Shown here: piece by piece, positions 61,236 to 64,000 of the stretch
Position numbering within the stretch: position 1 is the first letter of the stretch
Layout of the letters: the number at the start of each line of letters is the position of its first letter
Source: Flaccisagitta enflata
Lineage: Eukaryota
Length of the DNA stretch: 64,000 nucleotides
Assembly: GCA_965153355.1 (NCBI GenBank)
Contig: OZ231126.1
Span: 35,960,001 to 36,024,000 of the forward strand
Direction: 5' to 3'
Notes under the pieces: model-generated
What the model was told of the DNA's origin: nothing
Database searches by the model: none
Seen by the model: only the letters and a program-made list of their open reading frames with translations
Made by a program: the position numbers and the translations under genes

Positions 61236-62305
61236 TGTAAGAGGCGGTGGACGGGGGGGGAGGGGCGGGGGCTGTGTCTATGTAAATTTTTTTAAGGAAG
61301 GTAGTATCGGTTTTTTAGTAGGGTTTCCCCGACCGGAAACTAGATGTCGGATTTTTGAAATTCGTGAAATTCCAAAAATGGGGCAGAATGTTAGAAATGT
61401 ATGTCCGTCCGTCTATTAAGTATGTGTGCTTTTGTTTCTTTTGCGTGCTTTTGGCTTTTCCTCTTTTCTTATTATTCAATGCCGGTGTCTTTTGTTTCTC
61501 GCCATTTTTTATAATGAAGGCTAGATGGGTAACCATATGGTTGCGCCTTGTATTTTATGCCATTTGTTTTTATTACGTAAACAAACATACGTAACTCGTC
61601 TTCGTGTCATCCAATTTTGGATTGATTGTTTTTATTTATTTACGGCATTGCTTCCTAAAGTGATTGATTGATTTTTTTGTGATTGATTGAATGTGCCCTT
61701 GGAATTTGCTAATTTCAATAATCTCTCATCTTTTTATTGCAGATAAACTTATGAACGGACAATTTACGTTAGTTTGACATCGACAGACTGTGGGTTGAAA
61801 CCAACGAAAGTGGGCCTAAAAGTAAGTTTTTATAGACGCGTCTTGGTTTTAGTAACGTTGTTTTTATCTTGTATTCCGGTCTGTTATTCTTGTTTTTTGC
61901 GTTTTTTGCATTTTTATCGCCGGATTTTAGTATGGTTTTTATCGTTTGCCCGATCAGCTAACTATGGGGATGATATGGATGAATTTAATGGGATGGGCCG
62001 GGGCAGGGGCAGGTATTATCAAATGGCATGGGCTCTGAAGAAGATGAACATGTTGTTATGTGCTGTTTCTGTCCTTTATTGTGTCCTGTCTCGATTTCAT
62101 GTTATCTTTTGCGTTTGCTGATCACCATTAACGCCCACTTTCCCTTTTATTTTATCCCCTCTCTTCAGTTGTTGAAATTTTTATGGAATAAACGAGACGA
62201 TCGCCTTCCTATTTTCCAATCGGCCAACTTTCTTTCACCACAAGTCGTCAGTCAGATAGACGCTCATAGACAGTGCCAGTTGAAACTCGTGGGCGTAATT
62301 TTATA
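61236..62305 (+). repeat. 3' LTR (~1070 bp)
   Basis: Starts TGTAAG right after the polypurine tract. Similarity to the 5' LTR stops at gtaattttata (CA appears as TA). Confidence 0.88.
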
Positions 62306-62995
62306 AGGCCCCTACCCTACTACAGCCCTGATACTAATTCTGGTGAGCAGGGCAAAGCTACCACTGACCATGTGTGTTTCTTTGGTCATTTTATCCTTTT
62401 ATCTACAGTGCATTTTAGTCTTTTTCGGGTGACTATGACGTCAGGTTTCTTAGTTATTTGAATTTGATCATTTGGCTTCTGGTGACTTTAATGGGGTTAA
62501 ACTTCACAGTTCACGCTTTAAAAGAGGGACCATATTAATTCATCTGTGTGGGCTACATACGCTTGCTTAAAGGTAGAGGGGTAAAAGCCTAATTTGCATA
62601 ATCAAATTCTTCCGAATTTTTTTTTGGAATTGGTCAGTACTTTATATTAGAAGACTATCGAGACCATTAATCGACTATCTAGCTCATTTTTTGCCCTGCT
62701 TAATAGGCCCTAAAAATTGCTGAATATCGATATTTTTCTGCAAGCCTTGATATTTGTTCAATAATATTAGATATAGTGCTAAAAAGTTTTAAAATTCTTT
62801 GTTAAAAACGTTTCCAACATTAATAAAACATTTTGGAAGATTAGAAGCGAAATGGTTAAAAAAATTACTTCGTTTAAACAATGACTGAGCGAAGCGACAA
62901 ATGTGAGAAAATGCGACTATTCTCATTTTCCATTTGACTTCTTCTCAAGATCTTGGTCAATGGCGGTAGGCGAAAGCCACAAACCTAAAACCTTG

Positions 62996-63036
<41 letters not shown>

Positions 63037-64000
63037 TTCGTCTTTTTATTTGCAGACTCGCAACTCTATAAGAGGCTTTGTCTGTCTGTCCGTCGGTCCG
63101 GGATCATCGAGTTGAAAATTGGGAAAACAAGCGTTTTTGATACTTTTTGTGTATGTTTGAGTGTTGGGGGTGGGTTAGGGTGTGGATGGGGGTTGGATGC
63201 CCCTGCCCACCCGTCCGCAACAATATTGTGACCCCGCGTCACTTGTTAGTCTTGTGCTACGCGACTCTACACCCCGCTATGTCGGTTGGTTGGTAGGTTG
63301 GTTCCCTTTTTGGGCAGCGGCCCCAAAGGGGTCGATGACCCATGCTTTCACACATATTTGGGATTTTCTCCTTCTCCATCATCTACCCCTTAGGGGCCGC
63401 TGCCCTGCTCCCCTCTCAACTTCAACCACAACCTACTTAAGCAGGGCACGGGTACCGCTGACAATCTAACACTGGAACTATTACTTTTTTGGTGTTTTTG
63501 AGCTTTTTAAGCGTACGGCTCCTGCCCAGATGCCCTAGTGACTTTCTCCAGCACTGCTCCTGCCCACCTGCTCGCGACTAGGGTTGCCCTGTATCCAACC
63601 TTGTTCTCTTTCTTGCTTTTATTGTGGGACCGATTACCTATGCTTTAACACATGAGGACATTTCTCCTTCTCTTCCTTCTATGTACCCTATCCCCCCCTC
63701 ACCCAGCCTCAAGATCCAAACCCAAGCCTCAAGGCCCATACCCTAGCCTTTACAGGCTTAAGTACAGCCTGAAGGCCAAATTCTCTGCCTCAAGGCCCAA
63801 ATCTAAGGATGAGGAGGAGAAAAAGGAGAAGTTATATCACGTGTGAAAGTATGGATAATTTGCCCCTTTTGGGCCGCTGCCCTGCTCCTTCCCTCAATTT
63901 AGGCAGGATATGGGTATCGCTGACAATCTACTGCTTTGGCGACTATTTTCTTTCTTGCTTTCTTGATCTTGATCTTTTCTTTCTTTTCTTCTCTTTCCAT

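Larger units (their letters stand above)
49232..62305 (+). mobile_element. BEL/Pao-family LTR retrotransposon, ~13 kb, 5' end lost in assembly gap
   Basis: Two long direct repeats (49232-50082 and 61236-62305) flank gag, protease, RT, RNase H and integrase motifs in BEL/Pao order. A purine-rich tract (agttagggtgggga) directly precedes the TGT start of the 3' LTR. The TSD cannot be checked because of Ns at 49222-49231. Confidence 0.95.

Overview
Eukaryotic, most likely animal, genomic DNA that is almost entirely repetitive; no host protein-coding gene could be supported. Most ORFs in the supplied track are artefacts of microsatellites. The largest feature is a ~13 kb BEL/Pao LTR retrotransposon (49232-62305). 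Its 5' LTR is cut by an assembly gap at 49222-49231, and its gag-pol is frameshifted but recognisable (zinc knuckles, protease, RT, RNase H, integrase). It also carries an extra ~2.1 kb non-env coding region after integrase, with intron-like signals that run into the 3' LTR. The first 49 kb holds about 20 copies of a short non-autonomous family with DINE-1/Helentron (HINE)-like architecture, two of them inflated by internal satellite arrays, and a second related family. It also holds nested TA-target MITEs, a 1.7 kb foldback element with CAC...GTG ends and a 4-bp TSD, a 136-bp hAT-type MITE, two 3' fragments of non-LTR retrotransposons, and several minisatellites. One of these has a 96-bp unit that reads as an open 32-codon, EGF-like Cys motif. 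All calls come from reading the sequence by eye; no searches were run.
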